A DNA stretch of 64,000 nt from Octopus vulgaris (taxonomy: Eukaryota). The stretch covers positions 114,638,001-114,702,000 of the forward strand of contig OX597817.1 of the NCBI GenBank assembly GCA_951406725.2, in the 5' to 3' direction. Below the pieces are notes generated by a model. The model was given only the letters and a program-made list of their open reading frames with translations. It did no database searches and had not been told where the DNA came from. The first letter of the stretch is position 1. Each line of letters starts with the position of its first letter. The position numbers were made by a program, and so were the translations under genes. Below, piece after piece: positions 1-12,770 of the stretch.

Positions 1-346
1 ATTCTACTAATTTCACCAATCCATCGTGCTTGATCTTGGAGAAAATAATCAAAGTGATATTTCAGTTTCATCCATACACACCAGCAATCTAAGTGAGTCT
101 GGCTGGAATGTATTATTGTAATGCATGAATTTTGAACAGGTGTGGAGTGATGATCTAGTTGATCATTGCATTAATGCCTTTTTTAGTGATGTGGGTCTAA
201 CAAAACTTTTTAATAAAGCTTAGTGAGTATTTTCTTCAGCTTTTTCCTGAAGAAATTTTTGTCATGATTGTTGGGATTTTATGTAATTATGTAGATTGTA
301 GAAAGGCTTTCTGGTGTATTTTATAGTTCTCAGATACAGTCGTTTG

Positions 347-574
347 GGCGAGTTGGCAGAAACGTTAGCACGCCGGACGAAATGCTTAGTGGTATATAGT
401 CTGTCTTTACATTCTGAGTTCAAATTCCACCGAGGTTGACTTTGCCTTTCATCCTTTTGGGATCAATGAATTAAGTAACAGTTACGCACTGGGGTCAATG
501 TAATCGACTTAATCCCTTTGTCTGTCCTTGTTTGTCCCCTCTATGTTTAGCCCCTTGTGGGCAATAAAGAAATA
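347..574 (+). mobile_element. SINE family A copy (tRNA-like head, GCCTTTCATCCTTTCGGGGTCGATAAA-type central block, AAAGAAATA tail)
   Basis: A-box-like TGGCAGAAACG and B-box-like GAGTTCAAATTCC; near-identical copies elsewhere in the window; ~15 bp imperfect TSD AGATACAGTCGTTTG / AGATTCAGCCGTTTG. Confidence 0.9.
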
Positions 575-1319
575 AGATTCAGCCGTTTGATTACCTAAAA
601 TAGCCATAGAATTTGAACCCACTTCATCAGACTTTGTGTATTTAAATTATGATAAAGCATTAGAGTATTAAATGGAAAGTAAAAATGAGTGAACTCAATA
701 TTAAACAGGTGAATATATTGGTTCATTTGTTTAAATATGTAGACTCACCTTTTGTTTGAGTATGTGGACTTGTGCTGGATATTAATAGAGTATATTTGTA
801 TCTTACTGAATAAGTATAAATTAAAGTGTGTATATTGTTTTCAAGAGCTGGTCGAATTGTAAGTAAATAAAAGCCTAACTTCACTGCATTCTGTTTCAAA
901 CTGTCGGTATACTTTGAGAATTATCAATAAGACCACAAGGTTACTATTAATATAACAACAAAATGTATATGCCAACAAGGTAATACCACCTTCATTACAT
1001 ATATGGGGGAGATGATGACCTGTTTTGGGATGTTTTTCTGGTGCTGTTGTGCAACTTGTATGATACAGAGATAACTGGAACACAAATTCAGCTCTGAGAT
1101 GAGAAATTGATTCCCAGAAACTGATATCTTGCAGATATATATGAAATCACCTATTTGTAATCATCTTTCTTGTAATCAACTTATCTTGTGATATGACAAC
1201 AGGTGAAAGACAGTTACAACAAATAAGACCACATAAATAATTCACACCAACAGTCTTAGCATCTAGCATTATCCAAATTTATGCTGTAGTTATTTCTATA
1301 AATTTTATACAGGTTCTAT

Positions 1320-1665
1320 GCATGACCTTGCTTCCCAAACACATGGTTTTGGGTTCTATCCCACTGTGTGGTACCTTGGACAAGTGTCTTCTACTATAGC
1401 CCCAGACTAACTGAAGCCTTATGAATGGATCTGGTACATAGAAACTGAAAGAAACTTGTTATATATGTGTGTGTGTATGTGTGTCTTTGTGTTTGTGCCC
1501 CACTACTGCTTGACAGCTGGTGTTGTTTTGTTTACATCCCCATAGAGATGAATAGAATAAGTACCAGACTTAAAAATAACTACTGGGGTTGATTTTCTTT
1601 TACTAAACATGTGATGCCTCAGCATGGTTGCAATCCAATGACCAAAACAAGTAAAAGATAAAAGA
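1320..1665 (+). mobile_element. SINE family B copy, degenerate
   Basis: GGTTCTATCCCACTGTGTGGTACCTTGGACAAGTGTCTTC head, internal (TG)n, AAACAAGTAAAAGA tail; aligns to 29661-30056. Confidence 0.8.
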
Positions 1666-1902
1666 ATATTTGTCTTGCATTAAAATCTACAGTTAGGATT
1701 AGAAGATGTACATGGAGAATGTATTACAAGAATTTAAGTGTTAATAAATCTTAATCTTTGTTTTTCAAACTCAAGTCACTAGCCACTCTGAATTACTCCC
1801 CTTAGCTCATTTATATTTTAATTATGCAAATTTCCCAAGACCACTTCTCTTTATCTCAGCCCTTTCTCTGCTTGTCTGGAGGTAGGGCAACTGTTGTGTT
1901 TG

Positions 1903-2105
1903 CCCTTTAGCATTCAGATTTCTTATTTATTCACATTGTTTTGAATTAATCATGCATCATCTTGTGGTTTCAAGATTTCGATGATATGATTGTATATTTT
2001 TGGAATGGCATTGTAGGGGAAGGGCGAGAAGTTGGATCCGGTCAGTTTTAGCATAAAGCATATAGAATATTAAGGTTAGTTATGGCCAATTTAAATGCTA
2101 AAGCA
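1903..2105. mobile_element. piggyBac-like MITE, degenerate
   Basis: CCCTTTAGCATT...AATGCTAAAGC termini, TTAA at right end; second copy at ~32264-32487. Confidence 0.6.
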
Positions 2106-2861
2106 TTAAAAATGCTGCTGGAACAGAAAATCCCTTACTTGAAAAAGTATGAGAATTGTTTATAGGAAGAGTATTTTTGCTTTTTCTATTCTATTAATAT
2201 TCTAGATAAATAACTTCAATCAGGTATTGAAACCATACTGCATCTCAGCTATCTAGGTTCTCTTACAAATTATTTTACTGTATTTAACACTCAAGTTTAA
2301 TTTTCAAGGGATTTTTACATATTAAAATGCATTTCTTGGTTTGTGATTGTAAATTTCAAATGAATTTCCAAAATGTTGGTATTTCAATGTTCGTGGAATT
2401 ATTCAGAAGGTTTTTACAGTGAAATCAAGTTACTTTCATTCCTTCCTCCATCGCTCCCACTTCCTTCTTCTCCACAATTTGATATTTCATAATCATAATA
2501 CACATTTTTATCATAAATGAAAGCTAGAGAAGTAGGAATGGAATTGAATTGAAAAAAAAAAAAAAATTGGAAGAAATGTTCAATTGAAATTTAAAACTCA
2601 AAGCAAAATTCAATGTAAAGCTTAAATTAAATGTTAAATTAGTTAAAAAATTTTTTCTTCTGAAATCTCTTTCTCTCTCCTCCCTCTGTTCCTTTCACTC
2701 AGCATATATATATATATATATATTTATATTTGTACATTATAATTTGAAGTGTATTTCTTTACTAGAGAGATCATCTTTCAATTGGCAAAGCTCTCTCTGT
2801 TTAAGATCAAAAGCATCTGATGTGCAGTAGTAGTTGTGCTAGAGTTACCTATGTATGTGTA

Positions 2862-2908
<47 letters not shown>

Positions 2909-3370
2909 TGCTGAATTCTAATTTTTGTCCAAATTTCAATTCTAGATCTTCCAACAACTCTGTGAATTTTTCATTGCATGTATGTATGAATGTGATAGTT
3001 TGGGAATGGAGAGGTGTCTGGTCTTGTTTAGCCAATGGAAGAAATCATAATTAAAATCCTTGTAGTTTTTTTTTTTTTTAAATCCCCAAATGTGTAAACC
3101 TGCCAATGATTATTTGATGATGGGAATGAATTGTTGAGCTTTTTTCACATAATCATGTTAGCTTGCTGCATGAAATTACCAGAGATGTAACAATGCTATT
3201 AATCTGGATTTCATTGCTTTAACATGCTTCTGTTAATTTTTCATGCACCAAACGAATAATATACATACATGTCCATCACACATATAATACATATATATGT
3301 GTGAGTGTATGCATACTTGTATGTATGGTTCTATCTATATACATATATATGTGTGATTGTACACACACAC

Positions 3371-3418
<48 letters not shown>

Positions 3419-3420
<2 letters not shown>

Positions 3421-3486
3421 GGGTGGCTCAAAAGTTGCTAGACTATTTCAAGTTATTACATTTTAAAATGATTTTTGGCCACTCTG
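3419..3486. mobile_element. 68 bp Tc1/mariner-type mini-MITE
   Basis: TA-CAGGGTGGCTCAAAA...TTTTTGGCCACTCTG-TA: imperfect TIRs with TA flanks. Confidence 0.65.
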
Positions 3487-3582
3487 TATAAAACTTATGC
3501 ATATATCTTTTACTTTGCATGATAACAACATTGATTAAGCTTCGTGCAATGGCCATACTCGATAACGACGGGGCAGCCACCA

Positions 3583-3651
<69 letters not shown>

Positions 3652-3676
3652 CACACACATACACACATATATATAT

Positions 3677-3729
<53 letters not shown>

Positions 3730-3890
3730 TATCATCGTCATCAATGTCCTCATCATTTTAACCTATTTTTTTTCTATTCCTGAATGGGTGAAATAGGAGT
3801 CATTAAAGTAAATTTTCTACTGCTAGATGCTCTTATTGCTAGGAACACTCACCTTTTCCCATGCAAGGTTATATTTTTTCCCATTCTGTG

Positions 3891-4092
3891 ATGCCAAGCA
3901 GGCAGAATCGTTAGAACACTGTTTAGTGGCTTTTCATCCATATTTCAATTCTGAGTTCAAATACCACCGAGGTCAAGTTTGCCATTCATCCTTTTCAGGG
4001 TCTATAAAATAAGTACGAGTTGAGCACTGGGGTTGATGTAATTGACTTACCCCGCCCCCTCCAAGTTGCTAACCTTGTGCCAAAATTTGATA
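3891..4092 (+). mobile_element. SINE family A copy, degenerate
   Basis: GGCAGAATCGTTAG, CTGAGTTCAAAT and CACTGGGGTTGATGTAATTGAC motifs. Confidence 0.75.
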
Positions 4093-4160
4093 TCAGTATT
4101 TTTCCACAGTGTGTACATGTTTCTACAGGCAATGGGAAACAATTAGCACTGCTAGACCGC

Positions 4161-4866
4161 GTGATTGTAAAGTGAATTTCTTAACCATCTTCCATATTGC
4201 ATCCTATATGCACATTGACCTGTAAAAGGCACTGCTTGTATCACAATGAATTATATTTCTGCTTAAAACAGTTCAAGTTTTCACCAGCAAAATCAGTGCC
4301 ACAGATCGTCCTTTATGCACTACAACAGAAATTGTAATAACAGTTTTTCTTTTTTTCTTTCTTACTCTTTCAAATCTTCATCATATCAAATTGTTAATAC
4401 AACTCAATGTTACTGAACTTTCGGTCATGTACAACTGTTATGAAATTCATCGAACATTTGAACTTTTATTGTTGTCTATCTCTGAAATTTATTGAATATT
4501 GGAATTTGTATGAACGTTTGATGTTTTAAGCATGTTTTTCCAAATTCTCTGAATTTTCCCTTGTTCCTTCAATCTCTCCTAGACATTTTTTTTTTATTTA
4601 CCACAGATAACAAACAATTCTTGAAATTGGTTTGGTATTTTAATAAATTTATTACAAAATTTAAAAACTACAACTTGTATTAAGATTCAGGTGCATTTTC
4701 AACCTTATAAACCAACTTACCTATATTCTTGCCTGTGTAGAAATACACTTCTTTTTTTCCATATTGTGATAGTGTAATCACACCTAAACCTTGTGATTGT
4801 AAAGTGAATTTTTTAACCATCTTCCATACTGCATCCTATATGCACGTTGACCTGTAAAAAGCACTG
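4161..4866 (+). repeat. 74 bp direct repeat pair (4161-4234, 4793-4866)
   Basis: GTGATTGTAAAGTGAATT...GACCTGTAAAA(G/A)GCACTG occurs twice with about 4 differences. Confidence 0.85.
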
Positions 4867-4879
4867 TTCAATTGTTGGG

Positions 4880-5200
4880 TCTCACAGAGGCAGTGACAAG
4901 TGATCAAAACCTTTGGTGATACACCATGCTTGAGAAGACCTGTTAAGCCAAGTGAAATCATAGTTGTGGCCCATGCTGGTGTTACATAACTGGCACCCAT
5001 ACTGGTCACACATAAGAAGCACCCGCTACACTCTCGGAGTGGTTGGCCTTAAGAAGGGCATCCAGCCATAGAAACCTTGCCAAATCAGACTAGAACCTGG
5101 TGCAGCTCCTTGGCTTGCCAGTTTTCAGTCAAACTGTTCAACCTACACCTGCACAGAAAATAGACAGAAAATGTAATACATGATGATGATGATGATGATG
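4880..5200 (+). mobile_element. Retroposon family D copy (AGGAAGGGCATCCAGC block, (GAT)n tail)
   Basis: GGAGTGGTTGGCCTTAAGAAGGGCATCCAGCC followed by (GAT)n tail; homologous to 9400-9562, 35890-36035, 59820-59978. Confidence 0.8.
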
Positions 5201-5876
5201 TGTGTATTTTATGTGTGTGTGTGTGTGTGTGTGTGTATTTTAAGAAGGCAACATACAGGGTGGACATGGTTTAGGGTTCAGTCCCACTGTATGATGCCTT
5301 TGAAAAGTGTCTTCTATAGCCTTGAGCTGACCAAAATTTTTGAGAGGATTTAGTAGTTGGAAACTGATAGAAGCCTGCCATAGATGTGTGTGCATGTATG
5401 TGTGTGTTTGTGTGTACGTGTGTGATTGTGTATTCTGGTCTCAATATCATGTAATAATTTAAATGAATTTGGCTTTCATACAAACAGCACTATCCATTTC
5501 CAGTATTCTGCAAAAATATGTCTGGTCACGGAGAAATATTACTTAGGTTGGAAAAAGCTGAGGCTTGGTAATGGGAAGAACACCCAGCCTTAGAAAATCC
5601 ACCTCAACAAATTTCATGCAACACATGTTAGGCTGGAAAAGTTGACATTAAAGAACGATGATGATGGCGATGATGTCAGGATTGTCGGAATTGCTGTTGT
5701 TGTAAATATACAATGACAATGTCAAGTCCCTTCACCCCTTCAGAGCTGTTGGGCTACTGCAGCCATGCAGTGTATCTTGGGTGAGAAAGCCCATCCCTCT
5801 CCAGGCTAAACTCATTTCTATAGCTGAGTGGACTGGAGCAACATGAAATATGGTGTTTTGCTCAAGAACACAACTG

Positions 5877-6683
5877 GGATCTTTTCCTTTTGAACGGCAT
5901 ATGTCGTATACTGGTAGAATGTCTTTATAAAACATCATTTTTTCTTGGCTTTATTGAGATAATTCTATATATTGTAACATATTTCCACTTTAAAATCAAG
6001 CTTTTCGGCAATTTTAACCAATCAAATACGTCCATTTGGAGTCAAAACATACCATGCTGTATGAATATGTCCCTCAGAAACAGATTGGGTTTATTTACAT
6101 TTGCGAAGAAAAAAAGATACCCTTCCCCCACTTCTAACCCTAACCCTAACCCTAACTAAACCTAACCCTAAAATAGATTGAAATGCAATAGATCGATACT
6201 AGGGCCATAATGGTGATACTAGGGCCAATATGGGTGACAATTTCATACGACACCGCTACGGAAAATGGGATTTTTTTCTAGCGGTGTTGTATGAAATTGT
6301 CACCCATTATTATGGCCCTAGTATCGATCTATTGCATTTCAGTCTATTTTAGGGTTAGGTTTAGTTAGAGTTAGAGTTAGGGTTAGGGGTGGAGGAAGGG
6401 TATCTTTTTTTCCTCGCAAATGTAAATAAACCCAATCTGTTTCTTAAATGAGGACATATTCATACAGCACGGTATGTTTTGACTCCAAATGGACGTATTT
6501 GATTGGTTAAAATTGCCGAAAAGCTCGATTTTAAAGTGGAAATATGTTACAACATATAGAATTTTCTCAATAAAGCCAAGAAAAAATGATGTTTTATAAA
6601 CACATTCTACCAGTATACGAAGTTTAAAAGTGTTTAGTTAACTAGAAATTGTGTTGAAACTGCTGTTCAAAAGGAAAAGATCC
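5877..6683. mobile_element. ~807 bp foldback (palindromic) MITE, Merlin-like
   Basis: Whole element is an inverted repeat (GGATCTTTTCCTTTTGAAC...GTTCAAAAGGAAAAGATCC, centre ~6265-6275); 8 bp TSD CACAACTG / CGCAACTG; GG termini with an 8 bp TSD fit the Merlin/IS1016 superfamily. Confidence 0.85.
6135..6388. repeat. Telomere-type (TAACCC)n / (TTAGGG)n tracts inside the foldback MITE
   Basis: TAACCCTAACCCTAACCCTAAC at ~6135-6170, mirrored by TTAGGG/TTAGAG units at ~6348-6388. Confidence 0.85.
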
Positions 6684-6779
6684 CGCAACTGATCACCTGG
6701 TCCAGGGATGGCAACCACAATCTTATAGCCATGAATCCAACATCCTAACCACTAAGCAATGTGCCTCCACTAGTGATAC

Positions 6780-6922
6780 TCATTAATACAGCTGAGTGGA
6801 TTGGAGCAACATAAAGTGAAGCATTTTGCACAAGAACACAATGCATTGCCTGGTTCAAGAACTGAAACCACAATCTTGCAATCATAAGTCCAACATCCTG
6901 ACCGGTAAGCCACATGCCTTCA
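6780..6922 (-). mobile_element. SINE family C head fragment
   Basis: CAGCTGAGTGGATTGGAGCAAC...CAAGAACACAATGC...AAGCCACATGCCTTCAC. Confidence 0.75.
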
Positions 6923-7399
6923 CAAATATACAAACAGACACATATGCAGAGTTTCCTACTGAAAGTCAAGGGAATCTATTAACAATTTCTATATTGATTC
7001 ATTAATCATATTTTTGTAAACAGAACTGATCAGAAATTCTCTATGCTAAAAACTAGAACCTCCATCCTTACACTCCCTTAAACCTTTTCATAAAAACCCC
7101 CATCAAAAGTCAAAGCATTAACTGAAACATCAAAATGTGTAGTTTAGTTACCACCGCCCACTGTCACTATTTTAGCACACCTCCAATCCAACCCCTGCAA
7201 AGTAGTCTTGTCTATTTTTTGCTATATTGCATAGTAAACATTTTCATTTCCTAAAATTTATTAATTTTCTTTTTTGCTTTTTTATCTAAAATTTTTTTAA
7301 TTCGTTTTTTTTTTTGGTCCACTTTTCTATTTTTACTGTTAAGTGATTCCATTATCCATTTCATTTAATTTTCTCAATGTTAAGAATTATTTAAAAATT

Positions 7400-7489
7400 G
7401 TTACATATGTACCTATATATATATATACATACATATATATGTATGTGTATATACACACACATATATACACACACCCAAACATACATATG

Positions 7490-7553
<64 letters not shown>

Positions 7554-7628
7554 AACATATGCACACACAGATATATATATTTACGCACATATATGTACAC
7601 ATACATATATATATATTTATATTCATAT

Positions 7629-7673
<45 letters not shown>

Positions 7674-7895
7674 TATACATGTGTCTGTGTATTTACATAT
7701 GTGTACATATATACATATACTTATTTATATATATGCACACATACATACATATGTACATCCATACATGCATACATGCATACATACACACACACACACATAC
7801 ATACATACATACATACATGCATACATACATACATACATACATGTATGCATATGTGTGTCTGTATGTGTGCATGCACGTTTGTGTTTATGTGTATA
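7400..7895. repeat. Compound (TA)n/(CA)n/(TACA)n microsatellite
   Basis: Directly visible; source of the YIYI/HTHT ORFs. Confidence 0.95.
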
Positions 7896-8287
7896 TTTCA
7901 GATTTTCTGTTTGGGCAATTTTGATTTTGTTTTCTAACCTTACTTTTGGTATCTATATTGTTTACTATTAAATTCTTCTCAGTGTTTCTTGAGTTGCCTG
8001 GTTGTCTTCCCATCCCCTTCTTCTAATTCTCTGTGTTGTTAAAATATATGTTTAGACAATCTTTTCTCTATTCTTATGCTGTATCTTAAACCCAGAATGT
8101 ATGTTGTTTTGACGATTATCAGAAGTTTACTATGGGAATTGTGTACATTTCAATTTTTCTTTTTCCTGTGTAGGTCTCATTTGAATCAATTTTTCAATGT
8201 AAAACAATGTTTGTGTTAGATGAAGCTAACTCATGAGTAACAGTGATGTTTGAGGACTTATATGAATGTATGTATCTGTGTGTGTAT

Positions 8288-8430
8288 CAGGCATGGCTGT
8301 GTAGTAAGAAGTTTGCTGCTTCCCAACTATATTGTTCCAGGTTCAGTCCCACAGTGTGGCACCTTGAGCTAATGTCTTCTACTACAGTCTCAGGTTGGAT
8401 TTGGTACAAGGAAACTGAAAGATGCCCTTG

Positions 8431-8477
<47 letters not shown>

Positions 8478-8700
8478 TTTTATTCTTTTACTTGTTTCAG
8501 CCATTTGACTGCAGCCATGCTGGAGCACCACCTTTAGTCAAGCAAATCGACTCCAGTACTTATTCTTTGTAAGCCTAGTACTTATTCTATTGGCCTCTTT
8601 TGCCGAACTGCTAAGTTACAGGGATGTAAACACACCAACATTGTTTGTCAAGCAATGGTAGTGGGGGGTACAAACACAGACACACAAACATACATACACA
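8288..8700. mobile_element. Family B fragments in opposite orientation (head + 8288-8430, tail - 8475-8700) around (TA)n
   Basis: Alignment to full copies at 29661 and 32649. Confidence 0.8.
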
Positions 8701-9140
8701 CACACACACATATTTATATATATAGTAGTAGTAACAGAAAAGAGGAATTTCGATTTAATTCTCACAGTGCAGCATAGCCAATTCTGAGAATGAGAGAGAG
8801 AAAAAAAATAGAGAGATAGGAGAGATAGATAGACAGATAGAAGGAGGAGGGGTGCTAGATGGGCCCTAGAACTTGGCTGGTATTTTGCATATCAGTATTA
8901 GTTCAAATTTTGGCACAAGGCCAGCAAATTGAGTGGCGAGGTGTAAGTCAATTACATCAACTCTAGTACTCAATTCATACTTTAAGGCAAAATTGACCTC
9001 GGTGGAATTTGAACTGCGAATGTAAGGATGGTAGAAAGGCCGCTAAGTGTAGAGAACTGGAAAAATACTGCAACATATGCTATTTAATAATGTAAGCTCT
9101 CTGCCACACAGTTTTCAGCTAGAGAATTTCAATCACAAAG

Positions 9141-9400
9141 TGATACCATGTAAAAGCTCTCATGTGGTACCATGTAAAAGTGCCTGTGTGGCATCACATA
9201 AAAGCACTGATGCGGTTCCACATAAAAGCATCCATGTGGTGCCATGTAAAAGCACTCATGCAGTGCCATGTAAAAGTGTCCATGTGGCACCATGTAAAAG
9301 TGTCCATGTGGCACCATGTAAAAGTGCCTGTGTGGTGCCATGTAAAATCACCCGTGTGGTGCCATGTAAAAGTGCCCATGCAGTGCCACATAAAAGCTTC
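9141..9400 (+). repeat. 24 bp minisatellite (~11 units, GTGCCATGTAAAAGTGCCCATGTG) at the front of a family D element that runs to 9562
   Basis: Direct periodicity; continues into AGGAAGGGCATCCAGC and a (GAT)n tail. Confidence 0.9.
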
Positions 9401-10254
9401 CAGCGCACTCTGTAAAATGGTTGGAATTAGGAAGGGCATCCAGCTGCAGAAACCATGCCAAATCAGACTGATGTCTGGTGCAGCTCCCCAGCTTGCCAGC
9501 TCTGGTCAAACCATCCAACCCATGCCAGCATGGACAACGGATGTTAAATGATGATGATGATGGAGGCATTGATTAACCCAAAGATATAATATAAGTCATT
9601 TGCTCAAGGTGCCTGGCAGGGGAACTGAACCCAAAACCAGGTGGTTTTGAAGAGAACTTCATTGCACATTCATGCTAGCACCTGTTTCAAGTTTATTCAT
9701 TTGATTATTATTATTTTTTTTTGATAATATAAAATTGCTTGTATAGCAATTTAATTAATTTAAAGGCACTTAACTCCTCCTTGCTCTCTATCCCTCTTCT
9801 CTTCCTCGCCAAGGCAAATCATTCCATCTTGTGTCTTTAAAGTTATAATTACTCTGCCTAAAATTGAAACCCCACTAAAACCTACATGCTAACATAAAAA
9901 TAAAACTAACATTAAACATCTATATTTATTAACCTTAGTACAATTATTTTTCTTATTATTACCTAACATTAATACATTTCAATCAGTTCTTTTGTTTCAA
10001 AATCGTTGTTTTTCAACAAACTAGAAATGTACTGAGTGGAAAATTCTGTTAGTAAATTTGCATTATTGCTCTAGTAAAAAATTATCTTTGCTTTTCAAAT
10101 CCATCTCATTGTTTTACAGTTTTACTTTTTTATATATATTCTTCCTTTTTACAATTTCAATTTATTCAGAAACACTCAAATAGAACACATATATACTCGT
10201 ACACATAATACAAACAAATACATGTATATTTCAATTTATTTCGTAAAAAGAGTG

Positions 10255-10357
10255 CAAATATGTATATGTGTGTGTGTGTACATATAAATTTATATCTGTA
10301 CAGACATATATACAGATACATAGATCTGTATGACTATGTGTGTATGTGTGTTTATAT

Positions 10358-10392
<35 letters not shown>

Positions 10393-10396
10393 TATG

Positions 10397-10473
<77 letters not shown>

Positions 10474-10600
10474 GTATTCATACATTATATATTGACAAAC
10501 AAACATATGTATGCGTGTGGGTGTGTGTGTATATATATATATATAAATATATATATATGTATGTATGTATGTATGCACATATATACAGTTACAGACACAA
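10255..10600. repeat. (CA)n/(TA)n microsatellite cluster
   Basis: Directly visible. Confidence 0.95.
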
Positions 10601-11062
10601 TTGTAAAATTTTAACAAGTTGTGTCTTTACCATTTTACATTGTTATTTCAAAACTTTCAATAATGTTTGCTGAAGACATTTAACAAAACCTATCTTTTGT
10701 GTCATGAATTTTAAGATCAGTCTAACAATAGTTCTGAGAAGCTATTTACCTTACAACTACTTAACGAAATTGATTTCTTGTTATGGCTCAATATAAAAAA
10801 TTTATAGGTCAAGGGAATGTGATTTTGTGACGTTAATGCTTTTCTCAGGAGATATTGACTATGAAAGGACTTAACTTCAAATTGGGAATAAAATCTACTT
10901 TGCTGGGACTCTCTGCTGGGTGCTTGCTTGTCTCTTTGTTTATTTAATAACCTTTTTGTTACTGTATTTCTGTGGAAATATACTCACTGTTTCAATTAAT
11001 TTTGAAAATAAAGAAGAATTTTATAAAATAATTTTTGCTGTTATTACACTGATTTGAAGTAG

Positions 11063-11339
11063 TGTTGTGTGGACGCCCCCAGACTATGAAATAGGCTAGC
11101 CCAATACGTAGATATAGAGGGAGAAGCCTAGATGTTAACAGAGTAGACTAGAACAGTAGCACAGCAGAGTAGAGTAGAGAGTGGAGAGTCAAGTTGAGTA
11201 GAAGGCATCCGAACGTGCTACATAACCATGGCAATGAGGATTTCGTAGCTCATGCAGCCACTGTATAGTATTTCAATATAACAGTAGCGACGAGGATTTC
11301 GTAGCTCACACAGCCACTGTGTAGTATTGTGATATAACA
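11063..11339. mobile_element. Short TG...CA solo-LTR-like element with a duplicated terminal ~55 bp segment
   Basis: TGTTGT...ATAACA ends; 5 bp flanks AGTAG / GGTAG; reverse-complement homologue at 24411-24580. Confidence 0.7.
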
Positions 11340-11785
11340 GGTAGCAAGCTGGCAGAATCTTTACCATGCCGGCAAAATGCTTACTGGCATTTTGTCCATT
11401 TTTATGCTTGGAGTTCAAATTCCGTTGTGGTCAACTTTGCTTTTCATCTATCTGGGATTAATAAAATAAGTACCAGTTGAGTACTGGGTTTGATGTAATC
11501 AACTTACTCCCTTGCCCGAAATTGCTGGCCTTGTACCACAACCTAAAATCATTATTAAGCTGGTTTAAAGTGGCAACCAGCTGAATTGTTACCATGCCAG
11601 AGAAAATGCTTAGTAACATTTCTTCTGGCTTACATTCTGAGTTCAAATTCTGCCTATGTTCACTTTGCCAGTCCTCCTTTCAGGGTTATTAAAATATGTA
11701 CCAGATGAGTCCTGGGATTTGATGTAATTGACTTACCACTTCCCTGAAAAATTTCAGGCCTTGTACCTCTAGTAGAAAGAATTAA
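11340..11785 (+). mobile_element. Two degenerate SINE family A copies in tandem
   Basis: Two GAGTTCAAATTC B-box and GGCCTTGTACC tail units. Confidence 0.75.
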
Positions 11786-11842
11786 TAAGCTGGTGTATGG
11801 AGGATTAATTAACATGGAATTTTAATCAAAGCTTTAAATTTA

Positions 11843-12770
11843 TGGGGTGGTATCAAAAAGTTCCTGGACTAGTTCTGTAGTGCACTAACAGATGGCAGCA
11901 CACAGTTGTGTGTGCGGTGAGAGATAGCAATGACCTTCATTAGGCAGCGTACTGAGTGACATCATTGTGTTTACTTTGTAAGTTGTGAAAGTTGTGTTTT
12001 TGTGGTCACATGCATGCTGTAGTCTGCGATTTTTGTCATGAAGAGGAGAGTTGGAACAAAAAGCCAATGTGAAATTTTGCATTAAACTTGGAAAGTCTGC
12101 TACAGAGACATTGAGCATGCTTTGGCAAGCTTATGGCAACGAGACAATGGGTTGTATGCAATGTTTCAAGTGTCACAGGCACTTCAAAAACAGAAGAATG
12201 TCCCTGAAAGGTGATGAGCAATCTAGAAGGCCTCCCATGAGCATTGCCTCTGGAAATGTGGTATTGTGCTTCAAGCATTAATTCCCCAGAGCCAGACTGT
12301 CAGTTGAGAGTTCTACTGTGATGTTTTGAAGCATTTGAGGGAGGACATTTGGCGAAAGTGACCGGATCTGTGGAGCGCAAAGAATTAGATTCTTCATGAC
12401 AACAGTGAACCCTGTCACCAAGCTCTTCTCTCTCATGAGTTTCTAACCAAAAACAACATGGTATCACTTCTGTACCTACTCTATTCACCAGATTTAGCAC
12501 TTGTAGTCTTCCATATCTTCCTAGAGATGAAAATGCAGCTCAAAGGTCATGTTTTAGTACTGTTGTTGGGATCAAGTGTGAATCGCTAAAGGTCCTCAAT
12601 TCATTTACAGAAAACTATTTCCAGGTTGGATTCCAAAAGTGGCAGGAACACAGGGACTGGTGTGTTGCTGGGCAGGATGACTGTTTCAAATGAGACAATG
12701 TTAAAACTTAGGTAAATAAGTTATTTTTTATCAAACATAACTAGTCCTAGAGCTTTTTGATACCACCTTG
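11843..12770 (+). mobile_element. Decayed, internally deleted mariner transposon (irritans-like)
   Basis: TA-flanked TIRs GGTGGTATCAAAAAGTTCCTGGACTAGTT / AACTAGTCCTAGAGCTTTTTGATACCACC; transposase remnants inside. Confidence 0.92.
12051..12700 (+). pseudogene. mariner transposase pseudogene
   Basis: EQKANVKFCIKLGKSATETLSMLWQAYG HTH N-terminus; downstream ILHDN and YSPDLA motifs; stops, frameshifts and a missing central segment. Confidence 0.9.

Larger units (their letters stand above)
5725..6770 (-). mobile_element. SINE family C copy split by the foldback MITE
   Basis: GCTGAGTGGACTGGAGCAAC...CTCAAGAACACAAC lies left of the MITE and continues as CCTGGTCCAGG...CCTAACCACTAAGC right of it. Confidence 0.8.

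Noticed and set aside
1-1250. Possible old LINE remnant, including ORF 841-1083
   Set aside because: Composition is suggestive but I found no recognisable RT or endonuclease motif; needs BLASTX.
6135-6388. Telomere fusion site or chromosome end
   Set aside because: Only a few units, located inside a TSD-bounded palindromic MITE.
7343-7971. Long ORFs rich in YI/HT/CV (also at 10.2, 15, 18, 22.5, 46.6, 51 and 60 kb)
   Set aside because: Translations of dinucleotide microsatellites that happen to lack stop codons.
8730-8775. CTGTGA...GAAA motif on the minus strand after (TA)n
   Set aside because: Core incomplete and no convincing stems I and III.
9077-9569. Repeat-peptide ORFs (VPCKSVH, WCHVK) and a CRISPR-like appearance
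   Set aside because: 24 bp minisatellite in a retroposon; no unique spacers, no cas genes, eukaryotic context.
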